Shown: one piece after another, positions 1 to 9,260 of the stretch
Position numbering within the stretch: position 1 is the first letter of the stretch
Layout of the letters: each line of letters opens with the position of its first letter
Source: Desulfobacterales bacterium
Lineage (GTDB): Bacteria; Desulfobacterota; Desulfobacteria; Desulfobacterales; UBA2174
NCBI GenBank assembly: GCA_963668645.2
Contig: CAXXWC010000018.1
Location: 448,001 to 512,000, forward strand
Reading direction: 5' to 3'
DNA length: 64,000 bases
The notes under the pieces: model-generated
The model's database searches: none
Seen by the model: only the letters and a program-made list of their open reading frames with translations
What the model was told of the DNA's origin: nothing
Position numbers and translations under genes: made by a program

Positions 1-590
1 CTTCCGGAGGCCGAGACGGCCTCAACGATGATGGTGCCGCACCCGCGATGGAAAGTATCCGCCAGAGCGTTGGCCAATTCCGTCACCGTCTCGATGCCGA
101 AGCAAAGCTGGCAGCCGATCCGCTGTGCCGCAAACTGGCCGAACAGATCGACAAGTATCACGACAAACTGTTTGCCGACCCGATTGACGTGCAGACCCCT
201 TCGGGGCCGCAGGTGGTTTATCCCCAGCGGACCAACAACATCCTGGAACAGTTCTTTCGCAGCTTGCGCCGGGATCATCGCCGCCGTACCGGCGATAATC
301 GCATGCACCGCGCGTTGCAAACCATGCTGGCCGATACCCCGTTGGTGAAAAATCTGTCCAACCCCGACTACATGAAAATCCTGCTCGACGGCCGGCCCAA
401 TATCGAAGCCCTGTTTGCTGATTTGGATCGAACCTCGGCTTCCGAGGAGCTGATACCGGCCGCGGATGCCGATCGCATTCTGCCTGGTTTTAAAGCACTG
501 ACAAAAATACCGGATCTTCCCGTTCGAATCTCACAGCGCGCTTCTGCGGCTTTATCCGGGGCAAAATCCAACCAAATTGTGTGGCCATAG
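1..590 (+). mobile_element. IS transposase, C-terminal part (5' end outside window); family not assigned
   Basis: Frame of ORF 48..590 is open back to the window edge (SGGRDGLNDDG...). It contains QRTNNILEQFFRSLRR, resembling the TNNxxE motif around the catalytic Glu of DDE transposases. GC content drops abruptly right after the stop. Confidence 0.7.
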
Positions 591-593
591 CAC

Positions 594-969
594 TAAACAT
601 ATATCTATTTGGGATTATGTAATCGATCCAATTATCTTTGGGGTTAGCAAGAAATCCTGGATGGATTTCAGTTCAGAAGATAAAAAAATAATTAAAGAGG
701 CAGCTATCAAATGGTCTAAATACCAAAAAGAAGATGCCCGCAGGGGTCTTTTAAATTACGTAACAGGCATAAAAGGACCCGGCAATTCAATTTTCATGGA
801 AGACGTTTTTGAAGAATTCAAGGATCATGGAATAAAAATTACAGAAATCGATAAAGCAAATTGGAATGAATTTAAGGATAGGACTAAAGATGTATACAAC
901 AAATGGAAAGAGCAAATCGGAACAGATCTCGTAAATTCAGCAGAAAAAATTATCGCTCAATATGAATAA
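594..969 (+). pseudogene. dctP: C-terminal fragment of TRAP substrate-binding protein DctP, cut by the IS
   Basis: KHISIWDYVIDP...SKKSW...EDKKIIKEAA resembles a DctP C-terminus. There is no signal peptide or real start, and it precedes dctQ-dctM. Confidence 0.75.
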
Positions 970-987
970 AGATAGAATGGAAATGAG

Positions 988-1023
988 AAGGAATCCTGCA
1001 ACTTGATGACAGGGTTCCTTTTT
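988..1023 (+). terminator. Hairpin with T-run after dctP
   Basis: AAGGAATCCTG(988-998)...CAGGGTTCCTT(1010-1020) followed by TTT. Confidence 0.55.
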
Positions 1024-1179
1024 CACCAGTGGGACAAACAAGATTGATGCTTGTGTAAAAGCCATGTTTTTTCACTTTAACCAAATAAAATTGTAGCCAA
1101 AAAATATTAACGCACGGATCTGATGTCGGTTTTCTATATTATGATTTTTAAGAAAGCATCAAAATTAAAGGGGAACAAA

Positions 1180-1653
1180 TTGAATTTAAGAATCCTTTTC
1201 GATAAGATTGAAGAATTTTTATGCGCCCTATTGATGACTTTTATGGCATGCCTTGCATTCGGGAACGTACTTTCTAGATATCTATTTCACTATTCGATTT
1301 CATTTTCACAGGAACTCGTTTTGAATGCTTTTGTTTGGTCAACTTTTTTAGGAACTGCCGTTGCATTTAAGCGGAATAGTCATGTTATGGTGTCATTTTT
1401 TGTAGAAAAATTATCAAAAAAATTACAGAATTTTCTGTCACGCCTTTCAATGGCTTTATCGATTGGACTATTTGGGCTTTTAATATACTGCTCCATAGAT
1501 CAAATAATATCTGAAATTGAGTTAGAGACAACATCCGATGCTTTAGACATTCCAGTTTTCTGGTATACTTTGGGGGTTCCAATATTTTCGTTGCTCATTA
1601 TTTTTAGGATATGGCAGGCGTATAGAAGAAAAGTAAAAGGGAACGGTGAATAA
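1180..1653 (+). CDS. dctQ: TRAP transporter small permease
   Basis: Four hydrophobic segments; NVLSRY...SQEL...FLG...H pattern. TTG start after AAGGGG chosen; ATG at 1123 or 1141 also possible. Confidence 0.9.
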   Translation: MNLRILFDKIEEFLCALLMTFMACLAFGNVLSRYLFHYSISFSQELVLNAFVWSTFLGTAVAFKRNSHVMVSFFVEKLSKKLQNFLSRLSMALSIGLFGLLIYCSIDQIISEIELETTSDALDIPVFWYTLGVPIFSLLIIFRIWQAYRRKVKGNGE

Positions 1654-2945
1654 TGGAACAGACAATATTATTATTTTTAGTGTTTTTTGTGCTTCTCCTT
1701 TTGGGGGTACCTATAGCAATATCTTTAGGAGTTGCAGGAACCTTTCTTATTATCATAAATTCCTTAGGATTCTATATTTTTGCGCCAAATGTATACGGCG
1801 GGATTGGAAAATTCCCTCTGTTGGCAATACCATATTTCATTTTAGCTGGGGTGATATTAACCGAAGTTGGAATCGCTGAAAAAATCATAGCTTTTTTTAA
1901 AATCGTTGTGGGCTCATTATATGGCGGTCTTGCGGTAGTTGTAGTAATAGCAGCTCTCTTTTGGGGAGCTGTTTCAGGCTCGGGACCTGCAACGGTCGCA
2001 GCTCTTGGATCGATGTTGATCCCACTAATGAAAAAAGAAGGATATCCGGTGGATTTCAGCACTGCCTTGATATGTTCTTCGTCAGGGCTAGCTATTGTTA
2101 TTCCACCTAGTATAGCGCTTATAATTTACGGTACAATTACAGGGGATTCGGTTACAGCGCTCTTTAGCGCAGGAGTTATTCCGGGAATTCTGACAGGCTT
2201 TTGTATTGCCGTAACTGCCTTGATTATTTCAAAGAAAAATAAATATCGAGGAGAAATTCTGGTTAGATCTTGGAGAGAAATATGGAAAGTTTTTGTCGAT
2301 GCCATCTGGGGTTTTCTTGCTCCGATCATCATTCTTGGAGGAATATATTCTGGAATATTCACTCCTACAGAGGCTGCAATAGTTGGGGTTTTTTATGGTC
2401 TTTTCATAGGTTTCTTCGTATATCGAAATTTGAAATTTAAGCGATTGTATCAGCTATTGGTAGATTCATGTGTCGGGTCTTCTATAGTAATGATTATCGT
2501 GGCATTTGCAGCCATATTTTCTTGGGTTGGACACGTGCTTGGTATCATGGAAATATCTGCGAATTTTATCATAAGCGTAAGTGAAAATCCGTATATTGCG
2601 CTGATCCTTATACAGATATTAATTATTATTGCCGGCATGTTGATTGATCCCGTTTCGATTTACTATGTTTTCGTACCCATTTTTATTCCAATCATGATTC
2701 ATTTTCATTGGAATTCGATATGGTTCGGTATACTGATGACAGTAAATATTGCAGTGGCTCAAATAACCCCACCGATTGCAGTAAACCTGTTCGTAGGTTC
2801 AAATGTTGCAGGAATAAGTCTTGAAAGACTTTCAAAAAAAGTTTTCGTATTTATTATCACAATTATATTCGCATTAATCATTTTGACAATATTCCCTGAA
2901 ATTACTCTAATTATTCCAAGATTATTAGGCCATATGAATATATAA
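1653..2945 (+). CDS. dctM: TRAP transporter large permease
   Basis: 430 aa polytopic protein with LAIPYF, SGSGPAT, IPPSI, FTPTEA and ITPP motifs. Confidence 0.95.
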   Translation: MEQTILLFLVFFVLLLLGVPIAISLGVAGTFLIIINSLGFYIFAPNVYGGIGKFPLLAIPYFILAGVILTEVGIAEKIIAFFKIVVGSLYGGLAVVVVIAALFWGAVSGSGPATVAALGSMLIPLMKKEGYPVDFSTALICSSSGLAIVIPPSIALIIYGTITGDSVTALFSAGVIPGILTGFCIAVTALIISKKNKYRGEILVRSWREIWKVFVDAIWGFLAPIIILGGIYSGIFTPTEAAIVGVFYGLFIGFFVYRNLKFKRLYQLLVDSCVGSSIVMIIVAFAAIFSWVGHVLGIMEISANFIISVSENPYIALILIQILIIIAGMLIDPVSIYYVFVPIFIPIMIHFHWNSIWFGILMTVNIAVAQITPPIAVNLFVGSNVAGISLERLSKKVFVFIITIIFALIILTIFPEITLIIPRLLGHMNI

Positions 2946-3000
2946 CTCTATTCCGGTAACTGAAAAAATAAAAAATATGCTAAGGAGGCATGGATAAAAA

Positions 3001-3651
3001 ATGATTATTAAGGAAGATTTATACAAACAGATGAGCGATGCTGTTGTAGAATTTAATGAAGATAAAGTAAAAGATTTGGCTCAGGTTTCCATAGATTTAA
3101 GCTTAGACCCTGTTGAGACTATTTTGAACGGATTATCGAAAGGCATGTTGATTGTTGGTGATCTGTACGACAAGAAAGAGTACTTTGTGCCAGAGGTATT
3201 ATTATGTGCGGAGGCAATGCAGCTAGGTTTGGATGTGCTGCAACCGCATATAGAAAAAAGCGAAAGCAGAGGTGAGGGGTTGGTCATTATAGGCACCGTG
3301 CAAGGTGATATTCACGATATCGGTAAAGATATTGTTAAATTAATGCTGGATGTAGGAGGTTTTAAAGTTTTTGACTTGGGTAAGGATGTCCCGCTGTTAA
3401 AGTTTGCAGATGAAGCAGGCAGGCTTGATGCAGATGTTGTAGCGATGTCTGCTATGATGACAACCACTATGATGGGAATGAAAAAGGCTATACCAATGAT
3501 CAGAGAAGCAGCTCCTAAGGCTGGTATAATGATAGGGGGCGCACCGGTGACCATAGAAATCGCAAAGGCATTTGGGGCGGACGGATATGCCGAAAACGCA
3601 GGTACTGTAATTGATGCTGCCGTTGAAATGTTAAAACGTTTGGATAAATAG
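3001..3651 (+). CDS. Methyltransferase cognate corrinoid protein (MtaC/MttC-like)
   Basis: Cap domain (GM..VG.LY...EYFVPE) and DxHxxG (GDIHDIGK), SAMMTTT, IGGAP; RBS AAGGAGG. Confidence 0.93.
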   Translation: MIIKEDLYKQMSDAVVEFNEDKVKDLAQVSIDLSLDPVETILNGLSKGMLIVGDLYDKKEYFVPEVLLCAEAMQLGLDVLQPHIEKSESRGEGLVIIGTVQGDIHDIGKDIVKLMLDVGGFKVFDLGKDVPLLKFADEAGRLDADVVAMSAMMTTTMMGMKKAIPMIREAAPKAGIMIGGAPVTIEIAKAFGADGYAENAGTVIDAAVEMLKRLDK

Positions 3652-4175
3652 ACAGCCGGCAATGTATGAGCATTATTATGGATAGACTTTCGGAATTCAT
3701 GACGCTGCGAAAACAAAGAGCGAATGAACAACATTCGCGGAACTTTTTAAGAAAATGGATGCGGAAAGAAAGAGCGTCTCAAAAAGAGTTTTTATTGTTT
3801 TTTAAAAGTTCAATATGAATTTCTTAAAATTCTTTATGGAGGGTTCGAGAAACGAAGGTAATTACCCATTTCGCATGATTTGGATGCAGATATAAAATTG
3901 ATAACAGATCACCATTATAGAACTTAATTTGTTTGGGAAATGCAATCCCATCATATGTAGAACCAGTTTCCGAATTTAGCAGAATTGATCACGCCCGAAG
4001 TGTAGCTAAGAGGAAAATATGACCCTTGTCGAAGTGAAGGTCGGAATTTGTAGATTTTCGTTATTGTTGGCGCCACTATGGTAGACGAAAGGAAATAGCA
4101 GTTGAAAGCGGCTGACAAAAAGTGCAGAATTTGCATATTTATTTCAATAATGAATTATGACGAGGATATTAAAAG

Positions 4176-5147
4176 ATGAATAATTTAAAAGAATTTGTTA
4201 AGAACGCAGGTTACGTTCCAATTGTGCCCCTTGTTGGAAATCCAGGTGCGAAGCTTGTAGGGAAAACCTTAAAGGAATGTCTTACAGATGCAGCGATTCA
4301 GACATCTGCTTTGGTTGCCTTATACGAAGAAATTAAGCCGGACGCCATGTTTGTAATGATGGATTTAACGGTGGAAGCTGAATTTTTAGGATGTGATCTT
4401 ATATTTTCAGACAACGATCCTCCAGCTGTTTCAAATCCTGTGTTAGAGGATTTTTCCAAATTAGAGGAAATTTTTTCAAAAACCGATATCGGTGGTCGAA
4501 TGCCTCTTTTTGCAGAAGTCGTTAGGGGTTTAAAAAAGGCAATCGATGTTCCTATATGCGTATACGTCATTGGACCTTTTACGCTGGCTGGTGAGATAAT
4601 GGATTTGAAGCATGCAATGAAATGCACAAGGAAGCAGCCAGCTATTTTGCATCATATTCTTGAAAAAACGACGGAATTAATTATTAAATATATCTCTTCA
4701 CTGGAAGTTTCAGGGGCTGATATGATTTGTATTCTAGAACCGTCGGCCATGATGATATCCCCGGCACAATTTATGGAATTTTCGGGTCAATATTGTAGGA
4801 AAATTATTTCTTGTATCACTAAAATGAGCGTGCTTCACATTTGTGGTGATACCAATCACTTAATATCTGAAATGGAATCAACAGGAGCCGATGGCTTGAG
4901 TCTAGACAAACAGGTCAGTATGCCAGATGCATACTCAAAATTGAATGGAAATACTGTGCTGATTGGTAATATCGATCCTGTTACAGTTATAACCCTTAGC
5001 GATCCGAAAAATATCAGAAAAAAAAGCATAGAGATGATAAAGGAGATGGCTGGAAAGAAGAATTTTATTTTAAGCACTGGTTGTGATGTCCCCCAAGACG
5101 CGCCGATAGATAATCTAAAGGCCATGATGTCTGTAAGAAATCTTTGA
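4176..5147 (+). CDS. UroD/MtaA-CmuA family corrinoid methyltransferase
   Basis: VEAE.LG, GPFT, zinc motif LHICG and C-terminal LSTGCDVP, GNIDP. Confidence 0.88.
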   Translation: MNNLKEFVKNAGYVPIVPLVGNPGAKLVGKTLKECLTDAAIQTSALVALYEEIKPDAMFVMMDLTVEAEFLGCDLIFSDNDPPAVSNPVLEDFSKLEEIFSKTDIGGRMPLFAEVVRGLKKAIDVPICVYVIGPFTLAGEIMDLKHAMKCTRKQPAILHHILEKTTELIIKYISSLEVSGADMICILEPSAMMISPAQFMEFSGQYCRKIISCITKMSVLHICGDTNHLISEMESTGADGLSLDKQVSMPDAYSKLNGNTVLIGNIDPVTVITLSDPKNIRKKSIEMIKEMAGKKNFILSTGCDVPQDAPIDNLKAMMSVRNL

Positions 5148-5312
5148 TTTCTGATCGTATGAAAAATTGCGAGCCTTACCCGCTCAATCAAGAAAAATGA
5201 ACAACTATTACTTAATGACCCAAAGTTTGATGTTGTTTAGTGGATCTACTACATAAGCGTCCGGGCAACCGCACCCCACCCATTGGGCTTGGTTTCGCGC
5301 TCCGCATGAAGT

Positions 5313-5798
5313 CTATTGAGCCTTCAGTCTCTTTCTGGCCTTCCAGAAGTCGAGACGTTGGCCCTCACCGACATCCATGAAACAGTCTTCAATGACCTCA
5401 TAGCCGAGACCTTCGTAGAAAGCGCGTGAAGGAAGGGATACGCTCAGCACGACCTCGTCATGCCCGATCTGGAGTGCCTGGCCCTCGAGTGCATGCATAA
5501 TCGTTCTGCCGTACCCCCGACGCTGGAACCCGGGATGAACGAATACGCCGAAGATGTCACCGTCGACCAGTGCACCTGTGGCAAGAAATTCACGATCACG
5601 CACGATAACGACAACCACTCCGTCGCAAAGGCGCTGTGAAATCCTGTCCTCGGTGTGGAATTTCCTGAAAAACGCGACTGCACGCGGGGGATATACGCCA
5701 GGGTAGCACGAATCGATGGTCTGATTGATCAAGCGGTGGACAGCGGCCACGTCAGATTGGCGTAATGGGCGAAGTTCGGCTCTATCTGGTTTATTCAT
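5313..5798 (-). CDS. GNAT family acetyltransferase
   Basis: VFVHPGFQRRGYG acetyl-CoA motif and FYEGLGY. Confidence 0.9.
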   Translation of the reverse strand: MNKPDRAELRPLRQSDVAAVHRLINQTIDSCYPGVYPPRAVAFFRKFHTEDRISQRLCDGVVVVIVRDREFLATGALVDGDIFGVFVHPGFQRRGYGRTIMHALEGQALQIGHDEVVLSVSLPSRAFYEGLGYEVIEDCFMDVGEGQRLDFWKARKRLKAQ

Positions 5799-5844
5799 TT
5801 CGGCACGCAATCACGGTCCAGGTTGCGGAGGCAAAGGGTCCGGT

Positions 5845-5961
5845 TCAAGTCAAAAATCCCGGATTGAGGCGTCTTGATTCGGGATTCTTTCGGTTTTTCT
5901 CCCTGGCCATATCCAGTTCTGCACCATTGAGGGGCAGGTCTTTTATGCGCAGTGGTTTCAT
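5845..5961 (-). CDS. Possible 38-aa small protein MKPLRIKDLPLNGAELDMAREKNRKNPESRRLNPGFLT (not in ORF track)
   Basis: ATG preceded by AAAAGGGGG; no family recognised. Confidence 0.25.
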   Translation of the reverse strand: MKPLRIKDLPLNGAELDMAREKNRKNPESRRLNPGFLT

Positions 5962-6083
5962 CTTTAACCCCCTTTTGCCGAAAATTATGAGAGCGAAAGA
6001 CGCCCGGCCTTGTCAATCGCTTTTTTTCCGGCTGCCCTGGGATACCCCGGAAAAGAAGGGTTCGGGTAAGGAGTGCAAGGATC

Positions 6084-7007
6084 TCAATGGTCTTCGGCCT
6101 TGGGGCGCTTGCGCGCGTTGCGCACCTCGAACACCAGGGTGGTGGTCTGTTTGTCGGCCAGGAATTCGTTCCGTTTTTCCGCGGGAGCCGGGATCTTGGA
6201 GAAGAAGCGGACGAACCAGCGGCCGGTGACATCGATGGGCACGACAAACTTGCCGCCGGTGCAGGCCGTGCGTTGGATGTACATGTCCTCGGCCTCGGTG
6301 GAAAAACCGTTGTAGGTCGCGTCCCAGAAGCCCTCGCCGCTGTAAGGGGCCCCGTTGCGATAGACCTGAAGGCTCAGATTGTCGCCCTGCTTGAGCTGGG
6401 ACGGGTCGGTTGCCGGAACCAGTTCCAGGGGCAGGCCGACCCGGGCCGGAAAGGGGACAGACGGGTTCCCGCAAAAGACATAGGACTTGGCCCACTGGCT
6501 GCTGCGCATGCTCGAAAGGATCTTGGTCGCCCGGCCGGCGAAAGCGGACATCGGTTTCAGCGAGTGGCGCTTGCGTCCCTTCTTGTCGATATACATGGCG
6601 AAATAGCCGGGGGCGGTCTCGGCCACCAGGACGTATGTGCCCGGCTGGTCGTAGCTCACCAGATAGGAATGCAGGGACCGTTCGTCGCGCAGGGCGATGT
6701 CGCTGGTGGCGCGGTCCGGAGCGATGACGCGCACATAGGCCAGTTTCTGGCGGCGAACGGCGTCGTCCACCGGGAAGTGGTGCCCGTAGCAGAAGAAAAG
6801 CGGCGACGCCTTGCCCTCCGATACCTGATGCCGTCCGGACTGGATGAAAAGAGAATGGCCACCGGCGTTGGATGCAAAGACAACACAGATAGCCGCCGCT
6901 ATGACGATCTGCCCAATCCTGCCGATCCCGGATCGGCGGCGGGTAAAGAACGGCTGCCGGGTTTCACCGACTAAGTTCAAGACGCTGCCAGGGCGGAGCG
7001 GTTTCAT
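6084..7007 (-). CDS. DUF4198 family exported metal-uptake-associated protein
   Basis: Signal-like segment ending GGH, then YGHHFP and LPLELVP. ATGA overlap with the upstream gene at 7004-7007. Confidence 0.8.
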   Translation of the reverse strand: MKPLRPGSVLNLVGETRQPFFTRRRSGIGRIGQIVIAAAICVVFASNAGGHSLFIQSGRHQVSEGKASPLFFCYGHHFPVDDAVRRQKLAYVRVIAPDRATSDIALRDERSLHSYLVSYDQPGTYVLVAETAPGYFAMYIDKKGRKRHSLKPMSAFAGRATKILSSMRSSQWAKSYVFCGNPSVPFPARVGLPLELVPATDPSQLKQGDNLSLQVYRNGAPYSGEGFWDATYNGFSTEAEDMYIQRTACTGGKFVVPIDVTGRWFVRFFSKIPAPAEKRNEFLADKQTTTLVFEVRNARKRPKAEDH

Positions 7008-7729
7008 GGGACTCCTTTCGGTTGCACCCTGATGCCACGGGCCTGGTTCGGGTGCAGATGCAGGTGCAAACCGTCGTCGGTGGTAACCACTACCGGTTCG
7101 TGAGTGGTCAGGGCGATGGTCTGGCCCGGAGCCACCGCTTCCAGAGAGATGGTTCGGCCCGGTAAAATCCCCTTGGCCGCCAGGGCTTCTGCGGCGCGCT
7201 CGCCCCCGAGGATTGTTTCCACCAGGAACGGCTGCCCCCTGCCGGCTGAAACGAACTGCACGAGCCGCTGTCCGATGCGGCCGCCGATCTTGGCGGCCAT
7301 CCCCTCGGTGATCCGTTCGCGCCGGCTGCGGTCCACCCGGACGATGTAGTCCATGCGCGGCAGCTTGCGAACACATGTCACCGGTTCGTCCGGGTGGAGT
7401 TCCAGCTCCGCCAGAACCTCTGTCAGCCGGCCCAGGGCGGTGGTTCCTTCGATGTGGCCGGTCTGCCCGGCTCGCATGTCGCTCAGGGGCATCCGGCGCC
7501 CGTCGTCCAGATGGACGATCACGCGCATGGCCATCCGGCCTCCCAGCACGACCTCTGCCTGCGCAGTGCGCACCCGCACCGGCTGCAACAGGATCTCTTC
7601 GTCTTCCCGAACCAGGGTACGCCCCCGGGCGAGGCCGAGGCGCAGGAACTGGTTTTCCATCTGCGCATCGGTAAAGGCGACCAGCGTCAGCGGCCAGTCG
7701 AAGGGGGCTTCGTTCAGGGGCATATCCAT
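7004..7729 (-). CDS. Protein with three tandem FeoA-like domains
   Basis: Three repeats of the FeoA pattern (MPLNEA..RLGLARG; MPLSDMRAGQTG..LAELELHPD; FVSAGRGQ..LAAKGILPG). Start codon uncertain. Confidence 0.75.
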   Translation of the reverse strand: MDMPLNEAPFDWPLTLVAFTDAQMENQFLRLGLARGRTLVREDEEILLQPVRVRTAQAEVVLGGRMAMRVIVHLDDGRRMPLSDMRAGQTGHIEGTTALGRLTEVLAELELHPDEPVTCVRKLPRMDYIVRVDRSRRERITEGMAAKIGGRIGQRLVQFVSAGRGQPFLVETILGGERAAEALAAKGILPGRTISLEAVAPGQTIALTTHEPVVVTTDDGLHLHLHPNQARGIRVQPKGVP

Positions 7730-7996
7730 TCCAGAGCACCGTTTTTTGTTATGGTTGGCCGGTCCGGCGGTCAGGATGCCGCGAGCTTCAGTCCTATGCG
7801 CGGCATGCAAAATGGCATCCCGCAGGGCAGCAAGCCCTGTGCTGAAATTCATCGCCACCCGGAACGGATTGAAAGCTTAAGTCAACAAACTTAGCGAGGG
7901 AGTATAGCGCATGATGATAGATAATTCAAACATCTTTATGCTATCCGAACTGGAAGGGGGGGCAGAAGCCCCTCCCCCGGGAAACGATCGCTGCGT

Positions 7997-8122
7997 TCAG
8001 TCCTGCGCGGCTTTCTTCTGCCCTTCCTGCTTGCCGGCATTTTTCCCGGCCCGGTAGACGAGATAGCCGGCCACGCCGAGCACGGCCCACCCCAACGGGT
8101 TCCACAACAGCGGAATATGCAT
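7997..8122 (-). CDS. 41-aa single-pass membrane protein MHIPLLWNPLGWAVLGVAGYLVYRAGKNAGKQEGQKKAAQD (not in ORF track)
   Basis: AAGGAGGT six nt before the ATG; Gly-rich hydrophobic helix followed by a basic tail. Confidence 0.75.
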   Translation of the reverse strand: MHIPLLWNPLGWAVLGVAGYLVYRAGKNAGKQEGQKKAAQD

Positions 8123-8214
8123 AGCATTACCTCCTTTTCACCGATTTGCGGGATGCAGTGCAGCCATCCCGGCCGCCAGCCGCCCTTGTCCTGATCCGGA
8201 CCCGGTGCCCGGCC

Positions 8215-8427
8215 TCAGCCCTGCCCTTCATCCGGGGCGGTGGTTTCGTCGTCCGGTTGGCGGCGCCACTCTTCGCGGGCCGCGTCGGCGGCCTTTTTGC
8301 TCGCCGCAGCCATCTTGGCCGCTTTTTCCCTGGCAATCTCCTTGAACTTTTTTACACTGCCGCTTTGTGCCACCAGACGGGCCGTCACGAACCCTGCGGC
8401 GAAACCGAGGATGGTTCTGAGCATCAT
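8215..8427 (-). CDS. 70-aa membrane-anchored helical protein (YtxH/FezA-like architecture)
   Basis: RBS AAGGAGGT; N-terminal GFAAG (GxxxG) helix followed by a Lys/Ala/Glu-rich coil. Confidence 0.75.
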   Translation of the reverse strand: MMLRTILGFAAGFVTARLVAQSGSVKKFKEIAREKAAKMAAASKKAADAAREEWRRQPDDETTAPDEGQG

Positions 8428-8437
8428 GTCACCTCCT

Positions 8438-9253
8438 TTAGCGGAATTTGCGAAACAGGATCTCTCTCTGGGTGTCGCCGCTGCCTTCGGGGACCGCTGC
8501 CGGTTCGCCGCCGTTGTCGCGCAGTGCGTAGAGCTGCCGCAGCATGGCGATGTGCAGCACGCAGGGGATGAGCACCCGGTAGGCCGGCCCCAGCACGTCG
8601 AAGAAGGTCCACAGGGCGGCGATCCCAAGGCCGACCGCACCGGCGAAGGCCGCGGCCCAGCGGCTGAGCGCGGCGCTGGCCACGAAGGATATCCCCCGCT
8701 GCAAAGTGGCCCGGGAAACGGCCCCGGCCACGATCAGCCAGAGCTGGTAGGCGGCCAGCCCCCCACCGGCGATGATCGCCGCCTGAACGAGCGTCGTGGG
8801 AAATTCCCGGGGAAGTCCGGCGGCCCCGGTTTCGGGCAGGATCCCCTCGAGCAGGGCCTGCTTTTCATTCGTGCTCATCTTTTCCCAGGACTGTTCCAGC
8901 ACCTTGAGCAGGATCTGCTCCTCGATGCGTGCCACCGGCCCGTTGCGATCGGCTTTGACCTTCAGCCGGCCGGACACGGTGCACACGATATCGCGATAAG
9001 CGACCCCGACGCCGCCGCGCATAATGTTGAGGACGGTGTTGCCGCCGAATTTCTGGATTTCGGCGGCGATTTCATCGGCATAGCGGGCATGCTCCGGAAA
9101 CCACTGCCGATAGGCCGCCGTCGCTTCCAGTTGGGATGTGATCCCGCCGCGCTGGGTAAGGTAGCCGACCAGGTTGTCGAGTTCTTCGCTGCTGCAGCGG
9201 CGCAGCAGGGGGAGCAGGTCGTCGTCCGGTTCTTTGAGTTTGATTTCAGCCAT
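8438..9253 (-). CDS. YaaW/DUF3944 (UPF0174) family protein
   Basis: DDDL..L, IAAEIQKFGGNT..N..RG.GV.YRDI, WEKMS and GPAYRV.IP.V..IA.LRQ. Confidence 0.85.
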   Translation of the reverse strand: MAEIKLKEPDDDLLPLLRRCSSEELDNLVGYLTQRGGITSQLEATAAYRQWFPEHARYADEIAAEIQKFGGNTVLNIMRGGVGVAYRDIVCTVSGRLKVKADRNGPVARIEEQILLKVLEQSWEKMSTNEKQALLEGILPETGAAGLPREFPTTLVQAAIIAGGGLAAYQLWLIVAGAVSRATLQRGISFVASAALSRWAAAFAGAVGLGIAALWTFFDVLGPAYRVLIPCVLHIAMLRQLYALRDNGGEPAAVPEGSGDTQREILFRKFR

Positions 9254-9260
9254 CCGGGCC

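Noticed and set aside
3652..4175. Possible pyrrolysine read-through gene or pseudogene between the corrinoid and MtaA-like genes
   Set aside because: One frame has several TAGs, but TAA and TGA stops also interrupt it and I recognise no protein family.
6084..7739. 551-aa ORF as a single protein
   Set aside because: Its N-terminal half is an off-frame reading of the triple-FeoA gene; the plausible start is the ATGA overlap at 7007.
7936..8127. 63-aa Cys-containing ORF from the track
   Set aside because: The RBS spacing and composition favour the 41-aa ORF 7997..8122 in another frame.
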